From Tubulanus polymorphus (lineage: Eukaryota > Animalia > Nemertea), in NCBI RefSeq assembly GCF_964204645.1, contig NC_134031.1, forward strand, positions 16,231,807 to 16,295,806: a DNA stretch of 64,000 nt, in the 5' to 3' direction. Numbering within the stretch: the stretch's first letter is position 1; every line of letters starts with the position of its first letter. Shown piece after piece: positions 47,285 to 58,825 of this stretch. Position numbers and translations under genes: made by a program. A model generated the notes under the pieces. It did not search any database, was not told the origin of the DNA, and saw only the letters and a list, made by a program, of their open reading frames with translations.

Positions 47285-50200
47285 ATGTCGCACGACTCAT
47301 TACCTTCCACTTTAACAGGGCAGATATCCCTGGGTAGTGGTTACTTATGGCGACAAACTTCGATTATGAAAATATGGGAACGAATTTTACTTCATCTGAC
47401 GGTGAGAGGTGCGACTGGTGAAACATACTGTCTCTCTGATAAAGATGACAATTTCAAAGTTGAGGTAGATATCAGGAAATCAAATATCAGAGTATCACAT
47501 AAGAATTTTGATACAAATTACCTATGTATGTATCTGGGTCCCTAAGACTCCTCGATTCCATAAAAACTCCTTTCAAATGGAAAACAAGACTTTACAGGTA
47601 TATACTTGAAACTTCTTCGATTTCAGCAAAATACTAGCCTTTAAAACTTGTAACATATCCATGAAAGTTATATATTGGCACACTCCCATCAGTAACCTAT
47701 ATCTACTAGGTCATATTATGTAGTACAGCTTCTTTTTTACTTTCTCTTATGCTGCAACCGCCATTTTAATGACATGTAGACACAAATATATCAGTTAATA
47801 TCAAGACAGTGTTTTCTTGTGTATATCATAGTCTAGAGGAAACTATTAGTTTGTACTTGTACGGTAAACTATCCCTAAATCGTTACAGTTGGGACCAGGA
47901 TTTGTTTTTACCCAATTAGGCGGTTACTGATTAAGAAACCGAGATTGGTTAGTGTGTTAGATAACAAATTTGCTTACTAAACCTCTGAATTAACGGTTTA
48001 CTGAGATAAACAATGCCGATTTAGGAGAAGTCTACAGCAAATGGGATATGAAAGTGATGCAAACCCTTCCTTGAAATTTTCTCATTTAAAACTATTTGAA
48101 AACTCCTTATCTCCAGGAATGACCGATCAGTAGGGACCCTGTGTATGTATGTATGTATGTATGTATGTATGTATGGGTATTGGTTTGCCTGCTCAGTCAT
48201 TGATAGCGGATCCATTATCATTTTCAAATGCCATAAAAACAGTGTAAACTTATCAGCTAGTTTGATACAGTAGACATTATAACCGCGCTATCTTTCTTTT
48301 ATTGCTTTTTACTGGTAGATTTCCGAAAATTAATATTGTCAAATTTTGATTGTTTTTCTCCTTCAAGTTTTATCGCGCCGAAGTGTTTGTGGTGATGTCG
48401 AAGAAAAAGGCCAAAGACAATCTGACGTTTCTCGTGAAATTCGAACGCCGCCAGAAAAAATCCATGGAATGGAAATTCAGAGCCGCTAACATCCAAGAGT
48501 TAAGAGAGTGGCTAATAAGATTTGGCGTCAGGGAACGTGGACTGTACTCGAACGGAGATCCGACTGTAGCTGTTAGTATAACATCCACCTGCTTTTCTTA
48601 ACGGGTACCAGCAAAGCTACTGCGGCAAGTGAAATTCCACCCGAATCCACCAGGTTTCAGTCAAGACGTCAATCCTGTATTAGTTTTACTTTGTAATTGA
48701 GTACGACAGCCACAAACCAAGCTGTATTTGTTCTTCAACTGAATCAAAATCTAGCAATGATTTCTCAAATGATATGGATGATGTACGAAAAATGTGCTAT
48801 TTAATGCACTCTTATTATGAGTAATCTGAATATTATATAGATGCTTGATTTTCCTAATTTTTGGATCGGGATCAATTGGGGAAAACTTGAGATCAAAGTT
48901 GATGATAATGAACAAATTTTGATCGAGTATATCTCTTCTGATAGTTAAGTGGCGCGATCTGTGGGAGTAGCTGGGTTCGCTGGTACTGCCGGAGTAGCTG
49001 AGTATACTGGTACTCCTTTCCTTTAATCACTAAATGTATGTGTGTTATTTTTCATATTTGGTAATCAGCCTGTCGAGAGCTGGATCGGCAAATGGGACGT
49101 CATCCATCCAGACATGATCACCTCACAGTTACAGAATGCTGAAACGGAAGCTATTATCAGTAGACATACGCAAAGACAAGAACTGCCACCTAGTGATGAA
49201 TTACCGACGTATGAACAAGCTATCGGATGGATGCCGTGGGTTGTGGAAGCGACTACGGTATGTCTGTTGATGGATGGAGTATTTATGATTCGATGAAGGA
49301 ATGAACTGCCCGGGGCCCTTCACTCTTTAATGCATTCCTAAAGAAATGGAGAAAAAGTATCCACTTCACTGGGGTAGAAAACATTACCGCATATAATCTA
49401 GGCCCTTTTTTCGTTTGTCGAAAAGAATTGTATCATCAAAAGCATTGTCATGAAAAGCGCGGTCTGCAAATTTTTTGGATCTGGGAAGAGGATGTCCTGT
49501 TATCTTACTTAAGAAGAAGTGAAGGCCCCGGGAAAAATTGCTTTCTTCTTTCACCACGTTGATAACAATACTGAATGTAGTACGATGAATTCTTATGCGT
49601 ATTTATTTAGCAAAGACCTGAAACTGGGCTGTCATTGAGACCATTACCGGAATTCGTTCAAGTAAGACGACAGTTCGACGATAGTTTTCTACCTCCGATG
49701 GCAGCTGCCGTTAAGTGGCCAGTCAGCATCGGTATCGGCGAAGAAATCGGTCTTCCGACGGATGTGCAACAAATCTGGTGTTCGGATACTAATCGGTACA
49801 TGTACATGAATCACAGTAGTAGAGAAGTATTCTGGGAGGACCCGCGCCCTCCGAAGTCTCCGGTTCCGGTCGTCAGTTTGAAAGTGAGTTTTTCGAGCTA
49901 GTTGTAAGATAAAAACCGACTACATACGAATAAAGATTTGAAATTAAAATTATGGTCGAGAGTAGAATTTTAAAAATGACGCATAATGTTTTGGACTCTC
50001 TAAAGACCACTGCCAAGTAGTCTCTACAGAGAGTTCGAAACATTGTGTCCATAAATTTTCTATTTTGATTCTTAAGATTAAAAGAAATGATTTTGCAAAT
50101 TGTTCTAAATAGAGGGTTTTAATCTTATTATTGATTCTCCATATCTGATTGCGGCTATTCTACCTTTAATTGAGTGAATTCCATCTAATTTGAGTGTTAT

Positions 50201-53200
50201 TTTTCAGCTTTCTTTCACATACGTTATTTTAATTAAGATTTTCGATGATTATGATCACTATTTACTTTAAGCAAATACATGTTGGTGACAACCGGAAACT
50301 GCGCATTAAAGTATCACCTTTTGCCACTACTACCCTGGTTGATCTACAGAATATTGTCATAGAAGGAAAAATCAAGGTATCTAACAGGGGCGTACAGCAA
50401 GGGGGTTTATTCAAACCACCCAAATCCGAAGAAGGTTTTGAGGGTTTGACGATGTAGATCGGGGACACCCCTGTCTAGGCCTACTGTGCGTTACTTAACA
50501 AACACTTCATTACACACAGTACACAAGGCATTAACGTGCTGTTTATGTTTTTGAAAAGCCTCACGGAGTTGAGATTAAGGCAGATGGTATAACTGGTGCC
50601 CACGGTAGAGAAGGTCAACGTGGGATTTGCGGTTATCGTGGTGAGGACGGACGAGATGGTGAGTAGATATCCTTATTAGGATGAGTACCCGTATTGTGCA
50701 TTTGTTTCGATGTTAAAGTTTTTTCTGCATTGTAGGAATTTCTAAGGGAAGTCACGGATCTGCCGGCCATAAAGGCGGTCCAGGGGGTCCTGGTGAAAGG
50801 GGCGCGTGTGGTCTAGTCGGTACAAATGCTAGTGATTTGGATATATCTATCGATGGCGACGCATCTGCATTAGCAGTTCATGGCACAGTTGATGTTGTCG
50901 CATGTCTTGGCGGATTGAAAAATGAACATGTGCTCTATCTGGATGCTCGAGGTGGAGATGGAGGCAGAGGTGGAGATGGTGGAACAGGTACTCAGATTTT
51001 AATTAATAAAATAAATATCAGCAATTTTTCCAGTGACAACAGTACTAAGTTATTAGTTTTTTCTAAGTTATTAGGTTTTATTGCTGATCTACCCTCTTGA
51101 AACTGTTTATGATTATTTTTTAATTACATTCATGAATCAGTGCCAAGGTGTTTGTTAACATCTTTAAGATTGTTTTATTCGGAATATGCCGAAGAAACCA
51201 GATGAGATTATAACCTCTTTGTAACTTTAAGAGGTGTTTATTTGATAACAGGAGGTACTGGTGGAAGTGGAGGTCGTGGAGGTGATGGCGCGAAGGGTCA
51301 AAGAGGTCACAATGGTTATTCAACTGGTGCTAGAGGTGGTAAAGGAGGTACCGGAGGTGATGGAGGTCCTGGTGGAGATGGAGGAGATGGTGGTCGCGGT
51401 GGAGATGGAGGTAATGGAGCTTGGTCTGGTGATGGCGGGGATGTCAGTGTTACTGCTTATGATCCATTGCTATTTATGTTATGTGAGGTCAGTCTTTCTA
51501 TAATTCTGTGTCGATAAACCTGATTCCGATTTTCGATATGATTTACACGTTTTTCAAATTACAGGTGGATGCATGTCCCGGAATTCCTGGAAGACATGGT
51601 GACGGAGGTCACGGGGGTGCTGGTGGTTTGGGTAGTCCAGGAGGTATTGGTGGACGAGGTGGTCGTGGTGGTAGTGGTGGATCAGGCGGCGTCAACGGCT
51701 CGTCTGGTAGTTCTGGTTCGAGAGGAGACCCTGGCCTCAATGGTAGGTTCATAGATACATCTGTCTACATTAGTCGTAGGTCATTTTCTATTTCACCATA
51801 TTGTTTGGCTTTGTTTTGATAACTGCTGGATAATTACTGCTTTGTTTTAGGTCGGAATGGACATAGTGGGTGTCCTGGATTAGCTGGGAGGGATGGTATA
51901 GATGGAAAGTCTGGAATGTGTGGTAGTATCATTTGGAAACTGATGGATCCTGCATCCAAAACTATTGTCTTAGAGACTGGAACTCGGTATAACTTGCTTA
52001 CTCAAACGTACACTGTAAGTGTAGCATATCTAATGATATTGAAAAGAATGAATGCACAACACATTTTAGACTGAAAGTTTGAATCAGAATTGAAATGTGA
52101 ATAAAAAGTTTATTGCCAGTTAATTGCAATATTTCAATACTTTATTGAGTAAAAGGCCATGAAATAATATGTTAAGTTTCCTTCTAAGAGATCATAAATA
52201 CGTAATAAATGAATGATCCCTAAGTATGAGTGTGATTTGAATCTAACTGTCATTTAGGTGAGTTCAGAGATCGATGATGGAATATTTGAACCGAATGAGA
52301 GAATATTTGTGTCCGATGTTTTAGTGATGAATATCGGTGGAATGTTTGCACCGGCCGGAGCACAAGTTCATTTCCCGTCTACGAACACCGTCAATTTCCA
52401 TCCCATCGTTCATACATTGCCGAGGGTAAATATAGAATTCCTGTCTAGCAGATGTTATTTGGAAAATACGTATCTGAAATCGAATGGAAATAATTCGAAG
52501 GAATTGTTGAAAAAAAATGTATTTTTGATAAACATAATATGATCGCAAAGTAATTATATGTATAACCAGAAAATAATACTGGTATGATGACAATACCTTT
52601 ATGTATATTGAAAATAAGAAGCCTGAAGAAAGTCTTGGAAGTACGAACTATGCGTTTTCCTGAGGTTCGGTACAATCAAGCATGCCTAGCCCATGAATGC
52701 ACAGCCTTTTAAAGGTGCCTCACTACCAGATACTGACGATCCTAGACGGATAAATAACATCCAATTCACAGGGCTCTAAACAAAATAATTTTTTAATGTA
52801 GATGGAAATAAATGAGGAGTGGATGGTACCGACTAGATATATCGGTCGTATCCGTGACATTTCGTCTCCCAATTGTCCGGGTCCGTACATTGGAGAAGCA
52901 ACTGTCGAATCAAGAGTTCACGTAATGAACAGACCATTCTACGCAGTAAGTTTGATGATCTTAGGAAGAAACAACCAAAATTCAATCATCAATAGTAGTT
53001 AATGATTTGCTAACTTTAATGCTTATTTATAGGGTTTTAATAAAGTAACTTTAAAAGTGCAGTATCCTATAAAAATAGAGGGACTGAAAGTGCCTAGTCA
53101 GATGGGCAGAGGTGAAGAGGCAAACGTCACAGTTATAGTAAGTTTCACTTTTGACATGCACTTACCCTTTCAAATTTCTGTTTCAACTCATCGTTCTAAT

Positions 53201-56200
53201 TTCGTAGTTGAGAAATATATCTACGATGCGTTATGGAGAAGGTTCAGATAGCGGTGGATTCATTGAGGTCAAGGTAAATCTAAAATGCTTTCAAATTTAA
53301 AGAAAGTTTCGATCCGAAATTTCACAGAGCGTCTGCCTTTATTCAGCTTCGTTTAGATCGACGATTGTTACCAGTTCCGAGGGCAGATATGATGCAAAAT
53401 AGACTGTTACCTTACTCCATGACCTTTGATCCGGCCCAGCGGGACAGCGTTTTGATAAAAGTAAGTGAAATGGTTTAGCATTGGACTTCATGATAAACTA
53501 TTTCCAATTTTTGATGTAAGCCTACTTATCATTGTAGATTTTGAATATTGATGCCAATTCAACGCTGGAAATTACGATACCCGTCTATGTCGAAGGAAAG
53601 TCTGAACTTTTTGAAAGGATGCTTTTACAGTCGGACCTGTTTCTGGTAAGCTATTCGCTATGGATCTCGTGAACATCTATACCGTGAGAAGGCGCCAAAT
53701 CGAAATTAGCAGCAAGTCAACCAAAACACAACGCAATACTCTTCATATATTTCAAGTAACATTAAAGCACAGGTTGTCTTAGTATGAACTAGTTATTCGG
53801 GTTTTATCAGGAGCCAATTTCACAAACTAGTGACCCTAAGTCTACGATTCCTACTGGCGGTGTTTTTGTTACTTGGTTTTCAAGATTCCCCACAGGAAAA
53901 TATCACAAGAAGTGAAATCCTGTGATATTAAATCAACTTTTCAACTGACAGCTGGTCATTTAACAATAAACGTACACAATGGAAGAATCCCAGTTTTTGG
54001 TTCGACTCCATTTTCATAGCCTTTCAATATTTGTTACTTGGTTTTCAAGATTCCCCACAGGAAAATATCACAAGAAGTGAAATCCTGTGATATTAAATCA
54101 ACTTTTCAACTGACAGCTGGTCATTTAACAATAAACGTACACAATGGAAGAATCCCAGTTTTTGGTTCGACTCCATTTTCATAGCCTTTCAATATTTCAT
54201 CCTTGAGCAAACCTAAGCCTTAACCCCCAAAGATTAATTTCAATTATAGTGAATGAATGATAATTAATCTAAAAGCTTGGATAACACATTTTCTGCGACA
54301 CCCGGTAGTAAAATCCTATAAAATTTATATGTATTCAATTATTTGCTTCGAATTAATTTTCTTATTTCACAGCGAGGAAAACTGATCGAATATCAACAGG
54401 AATTCATTCGCGTGTGTCCGTATTACGTGAAACGCGAGCCGCCCGGCGACGTGCTGTTCATCACCGGGCCGCAGATTTCGCGACATCGATTCATCATGTG
54501 GCAAACTTTATTCGAATATCTAAACGTAACGCTCGATTTCTGGGATACGGAACGTTACGGAGGCGTTTCTTGGAATTCTCGTCATCAACGTCATGATGTA
54601 CGTATACCATACTGCGCGTCGATCGAACTGTAAACCTTTTCTAACTCGGACCGACATAATTGGTCTGAGGTTAGCAAAGTTGAGGATAGGAAAATATGTT
54701 AGTCAGAAAAATCATTTCCAAGTTGGTCATGTCCGATTGAGGTGAGGTTTACTGTATCAGAACACCAGGGGCCGGTTTCACAGTTGTTGTTTAAATTTGA
54801 CTAAAGAATTTAAATCAGTTCATTTTCTATATTCTAACCCTCGAGGAGCCGGATCCCTTAGTTCTTATTTTGTCAGTTTGTAGAAATCCCTTGGTGTATC
54901 TATTTTACATTTAGCCTCTTGAGGAACACCTAATGTCTATTTCAACTTTGTTTGTGAACGTCAGGTTGCCTATCTCAGTTAGTTTTAGTAGTACATACCT
55001 GATATAGGTCTTGATAAGACCAAAATGGATGGGTAGTTGATTTTTTAAAAGGATTTTACTCTGTATTCAACGATTACCAAAAATCCTCCTTTGAATGTTG
55101 AAATGGACATTAGTAATGAAACCTATATACCGCTGACCGCATTAGTTATCATATAGCGATGGTATGAGTCGGCGCGCTCTTATCAAATCTTTGCGAATCG
55201 ATGTTAAAATCTTTGAATTCTTCGTTTGTTGCTTCAGGTGAGCTGGGTTAATCGGTATCGCGGCCGGCTTATCGTCTACCCACTAGCCAACATATACTCA
55301 TTCAACCCCGACGACATCGCGTCTCATTTTTGCGACGAAGAATTTCTCAGTCAAGATTCCGGAATGTTGCTGCTGAGTAAGGATTTCTCCAAAAGCAAAT
55401 ACATGTCTTTGGCTATGATGACGCATTTGGCGCGGTCGGTTACACCGGTCAATGTCGATGAGTTATACAGGGGATCCCATCTATGTCACCCGAAAAGTTG
55501 TTGTGTCCCTGGAAAACCAGCACAATCGTAAGTTTCACTCTGTATTCTAGCGTCACTCTAGTTTTTTCTATTGAGTGTACCCGCTACGTTGTTAAGCTAC
55601 TTATACACTAGTAGCGAAAGCTCGTACTTTTAAAAGAATCAAGTTTATCTTCAAAGAAATTTTTGTCTTAACGTTTGCTGACTCGCAAATTTTTTCACTA
55701 TAAAGTATCCCATTCAAAATAAGATTAACAAAATTTAAGAATCGAATAGCCAAGGGTGAGTTTTATAGACTGATATTATCTTACCCTGGGGGCTAACTCA
55801 ATTAATTTGCAACCGAGTTAACCCCTGTGTTAAAGCTAATACTGGTCTATAAAACCGACCCCAGGAAGTTAGGTGGAATCAGTCCACTCAGAACATGCAT
55901 CCTGTTTATTCCCAATTCCTGTGTCTGACAGCAATCCATATTTAAAGGTTCCGTACCTAGACAACATTCTCGCTACATAACATTATTTAGCTGAACAGAG
56001 CAAAATAAATTTTCTCGCAATCACATTGCAGGAAAGCTAAAAAGATTTTCAAATTCGTCGAGAAAATTCACCCCGAGTATGGGCACGTGATATTCAACCA
56101 GACCATCGATTATAAAAAGTTACGCGGATTGTTGTATAGTTACGGTCATCTAGATCTACGACGCCTGCCTGTAGGTCGTTCGTCACGGATGTTGCTCGCT

Positions 56201-57482
56201 TACGATCCAAATCTCATGAAATTAGGTGAGGATGACGCTTGCCACACACCAGCAGCCACCGAAGTTCCTCTCGCTAGTTTTTTCGGACAGGTAAAACTGT
56301 AGAATACTGCCGTATTAGACCTCATGATGAACTAATCCAGGGTCCCTACAGATCGATCATTCTTGAATACATATATAAGGATTTTAAAGGAGAAAATTTC
56401 AAGGAAATGTCTGCATCACTTTCATATCCCAATTACTTATTTCTCAGTAAACCATGAATTCAGTGGTTTTGTAAGCAAATTTCTATTACTGGGTAATAGC
56501 CCATTTCTCAAAATTGAAGGAGTTTTAAAAGCATTTTTGGCATTTTGCTCGAATTAAAGGTGTTTCAAACTTATTGAAAAGCATTTTCTGTTAAGAGGAG
56601 TTTTTAAGGAATCAAGGAGTCGTATAGGGACCATATTACATTTATAATGACTATTTGAATCTACGTATTGTAGGTGATGCTTATGGTAATCCAAGGACTT
56701 CCATTGTCGAAGAAAATAGAATTGTTGAATCCTGAACTGCTGAGCACTCCTCGACCGAAATTCGTGACACCGAAAGGCGATGAATTTACATTAAGACAGC
56801 TCATAGCGGTGTCTCTAGAAGAGCATTTACTTTATGAAGTGATGGCTAAACTAAAGGTTGAATAGATATTAGTTGTATGATATATACCAAAGCTATATTC
56901 ACTACGATAGGCAGATAAAACAAACGGCTAGTTAGTTACCTAATCTTTGGTGATAAGCTATTAAAATTGGATGGGCTTAATGAAAATTATCCGATCATGT
57001 AACAAACGGCGTGCTTGAATTACTGCAGTGAATGTATTTTTCAGGCTTCCGATTTGGTGCAACGACTCATCGAAGAGGTGACGGCGCAACCAGATTATTT
57101 CAGCGGTGAAGATGTTGGTCCGTATATATATCTAGCGTTGATGTCATTGATGAAAGCGGCCGACGATTGTCCTTCGAGCTACCGATGTCAAATAAAAGAT
57201 CGTTTCGAACAGATTTACAACATACTGAAACAGGTATGCGATGCAATCGTTCGCGAGTGGATGCGCTTGAATCATTGAAATTTCATAACGTATTTAATGT
57301 TTCTATTACAGAACGACGGCGCGCATAAAGAGTACAAGAATCAAGCGAAGAAGATGCTGTCGGATAAAGCGCGCATCACGTTTCAAATATTGTTGAATCA
57401 AAAGAATCTGATTCATTGCCATCGTTTGATGTTCAAAGACAAAATGTACGACCTCAAACATGCAGCTGATGCAGAGGTTTAA
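47285..57482 (+). CDS. Uncharacterised ~1,300-aa protein: PH domain, LPTY (PY) motif, WW-like domain, Gly-X-Y/(GGX)n glycine-rich region, beta-sandwich-like and alpha/beta C-terminal regions; 22 coding exons
   Basis: Phase-consistent exons approx. 47285-47464, 48368-48571, 49069-49257, 49611-49883, 50272-50376, 50559-50658, 50736-50987, 51252-51487, 51565-51742, 51851-52014, 52258-52425, 52802-52945, 53033-53137, 53208-53273, 53347-53460, 53538-53645, 54373-54597, 55238-55527, 56032-56290, 56674-56856, 57045-57233, 57312-57482. PH: GYLWRQTSIMKIWERILL ... FRAANIQELREWL. WW: LPTDVQQIWCSDTNRYMYMNHSSREVFWEDPRPP. Confidence 0.85.
48143..48174. repeat. (GTAT)n microsatellite
   Basis: Direct read; abuts the end of a CAGGGTCCC-family element. 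Confidence 0.9.
53866..54196. repeat. Perfect 165-bp tandem duplication in an intron
   Basis: TTGTTACTTGGTTTTCAAGATTCCCC...CTTTCAATAT at 53866 and again at 54031. Confidence 0.9.
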
Positions 57483-58825
57483 TTTATGAACTACCAAGTC
57501 GTTTTCTGATATAAACTGTAATGAAATCGGTTCAGTTTCGTTTGGCAAATATTTCTGACACATTTTAAGGTCAGAAATTATCAATTGTTGCTTTAAAAAA
57601 GAAATTGAGATTACTGAACTGAAATGACGTGAATAACAAAATTATCATACCATTTGGTGTTCACTCAGGTTTCACTGTATTTTGCAATTGGACTATCATG
57701 TCTCCCATTTTTTGTGCAATTAAGAAACAATATCGTTTCGATGATTTACGACAGATTGTTGATAAAATTCGTATTTATTTTATGTAATTGATATAAATTG
57801 TATGTCCTTTGTACATTGTCTTGTTTTTATATACCCAGTAGATTCTTCCTACTCAATAAACTTGTTGAAAATTTGTCGGACCTAAGTCAAGCAATATCAA
57901 AGTTGAATGTTCTCGTAGGGCACCTTTTCAATATCTGCTGATTCTTAAGTCTTGTCCACTCTAGCCAGAGTTGAGACTCAATGGAGTCTATGCTTGTAAA
58001 TGACAATTTTCAGAGACTAAAAATAAAAACAAACTTAATTGGATTCATTATTCAGTTCTCGATTTATTTTTCAAAATCAAATCTCAATAGATACACGTAA
58101 AACATATTTGAATTGAGTTAAACATCCTGATCCAACATTTCGAATAAGCGACTATAAAAATATATCAGTTTAGAACAAATTGCATTCTTGTAGTATACGT
58201 TTCAACAAACAACTGAAAAAAAATCTCACTATATTTCTAACATCCGACAAAAAACATTTCATAAATACACCACACTTTAACCAACAAATAAAACCAGACA
58301 TTTATACTAATGTCAACCAAAAATCCATAGCCCTAGAACACACCACATTTTTTGAGTGACACATTAAATACATTAATGGAATAAAACTGAAATCTACTTG
58401 CTTCTTGCTATTTTCTTAAGTTAAAATGCTGACCATAAGAATTTTATTGTTCTAAATAATTGGTCTCCAAAATAACCAAGCATGTCCTGGATAGTCCACA
58501 TACATTAAAGGTGGCTAATACAAATAGTCGACTATAATCAACTTAAAGCTGCCATCAATCAGATGATTTTTAATCAAAATACTGAATAAGTAAAATATAT
58601 TTAAGTTCTTAATACAGCGTGGTTGACTCTGCCCTTTTGGTAGCGACTAGACCATAAAACTTCACAGCACACAGGAAATAATAACATTTAATTATGGACC
58701 CAATTGTACTCGCATTTAAGGTAGAATTCTTAAGTGAGCATTTCCTAGTCAAATGTAATCAGCAATTAAACTGAGTCCTCAACAACCCCTGAGTTAATCA
58801 ATTACGGGGTTCAAATAACCCACTT

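Noticed and set aside
50559-51920. Bacterial PE-PGRS contamination or a secreted collagen
   Set aside because: The region is split by canonical spliceosomal introns within a host-like gene, has no signal peptide, and its Gly-X-Y runs are short.
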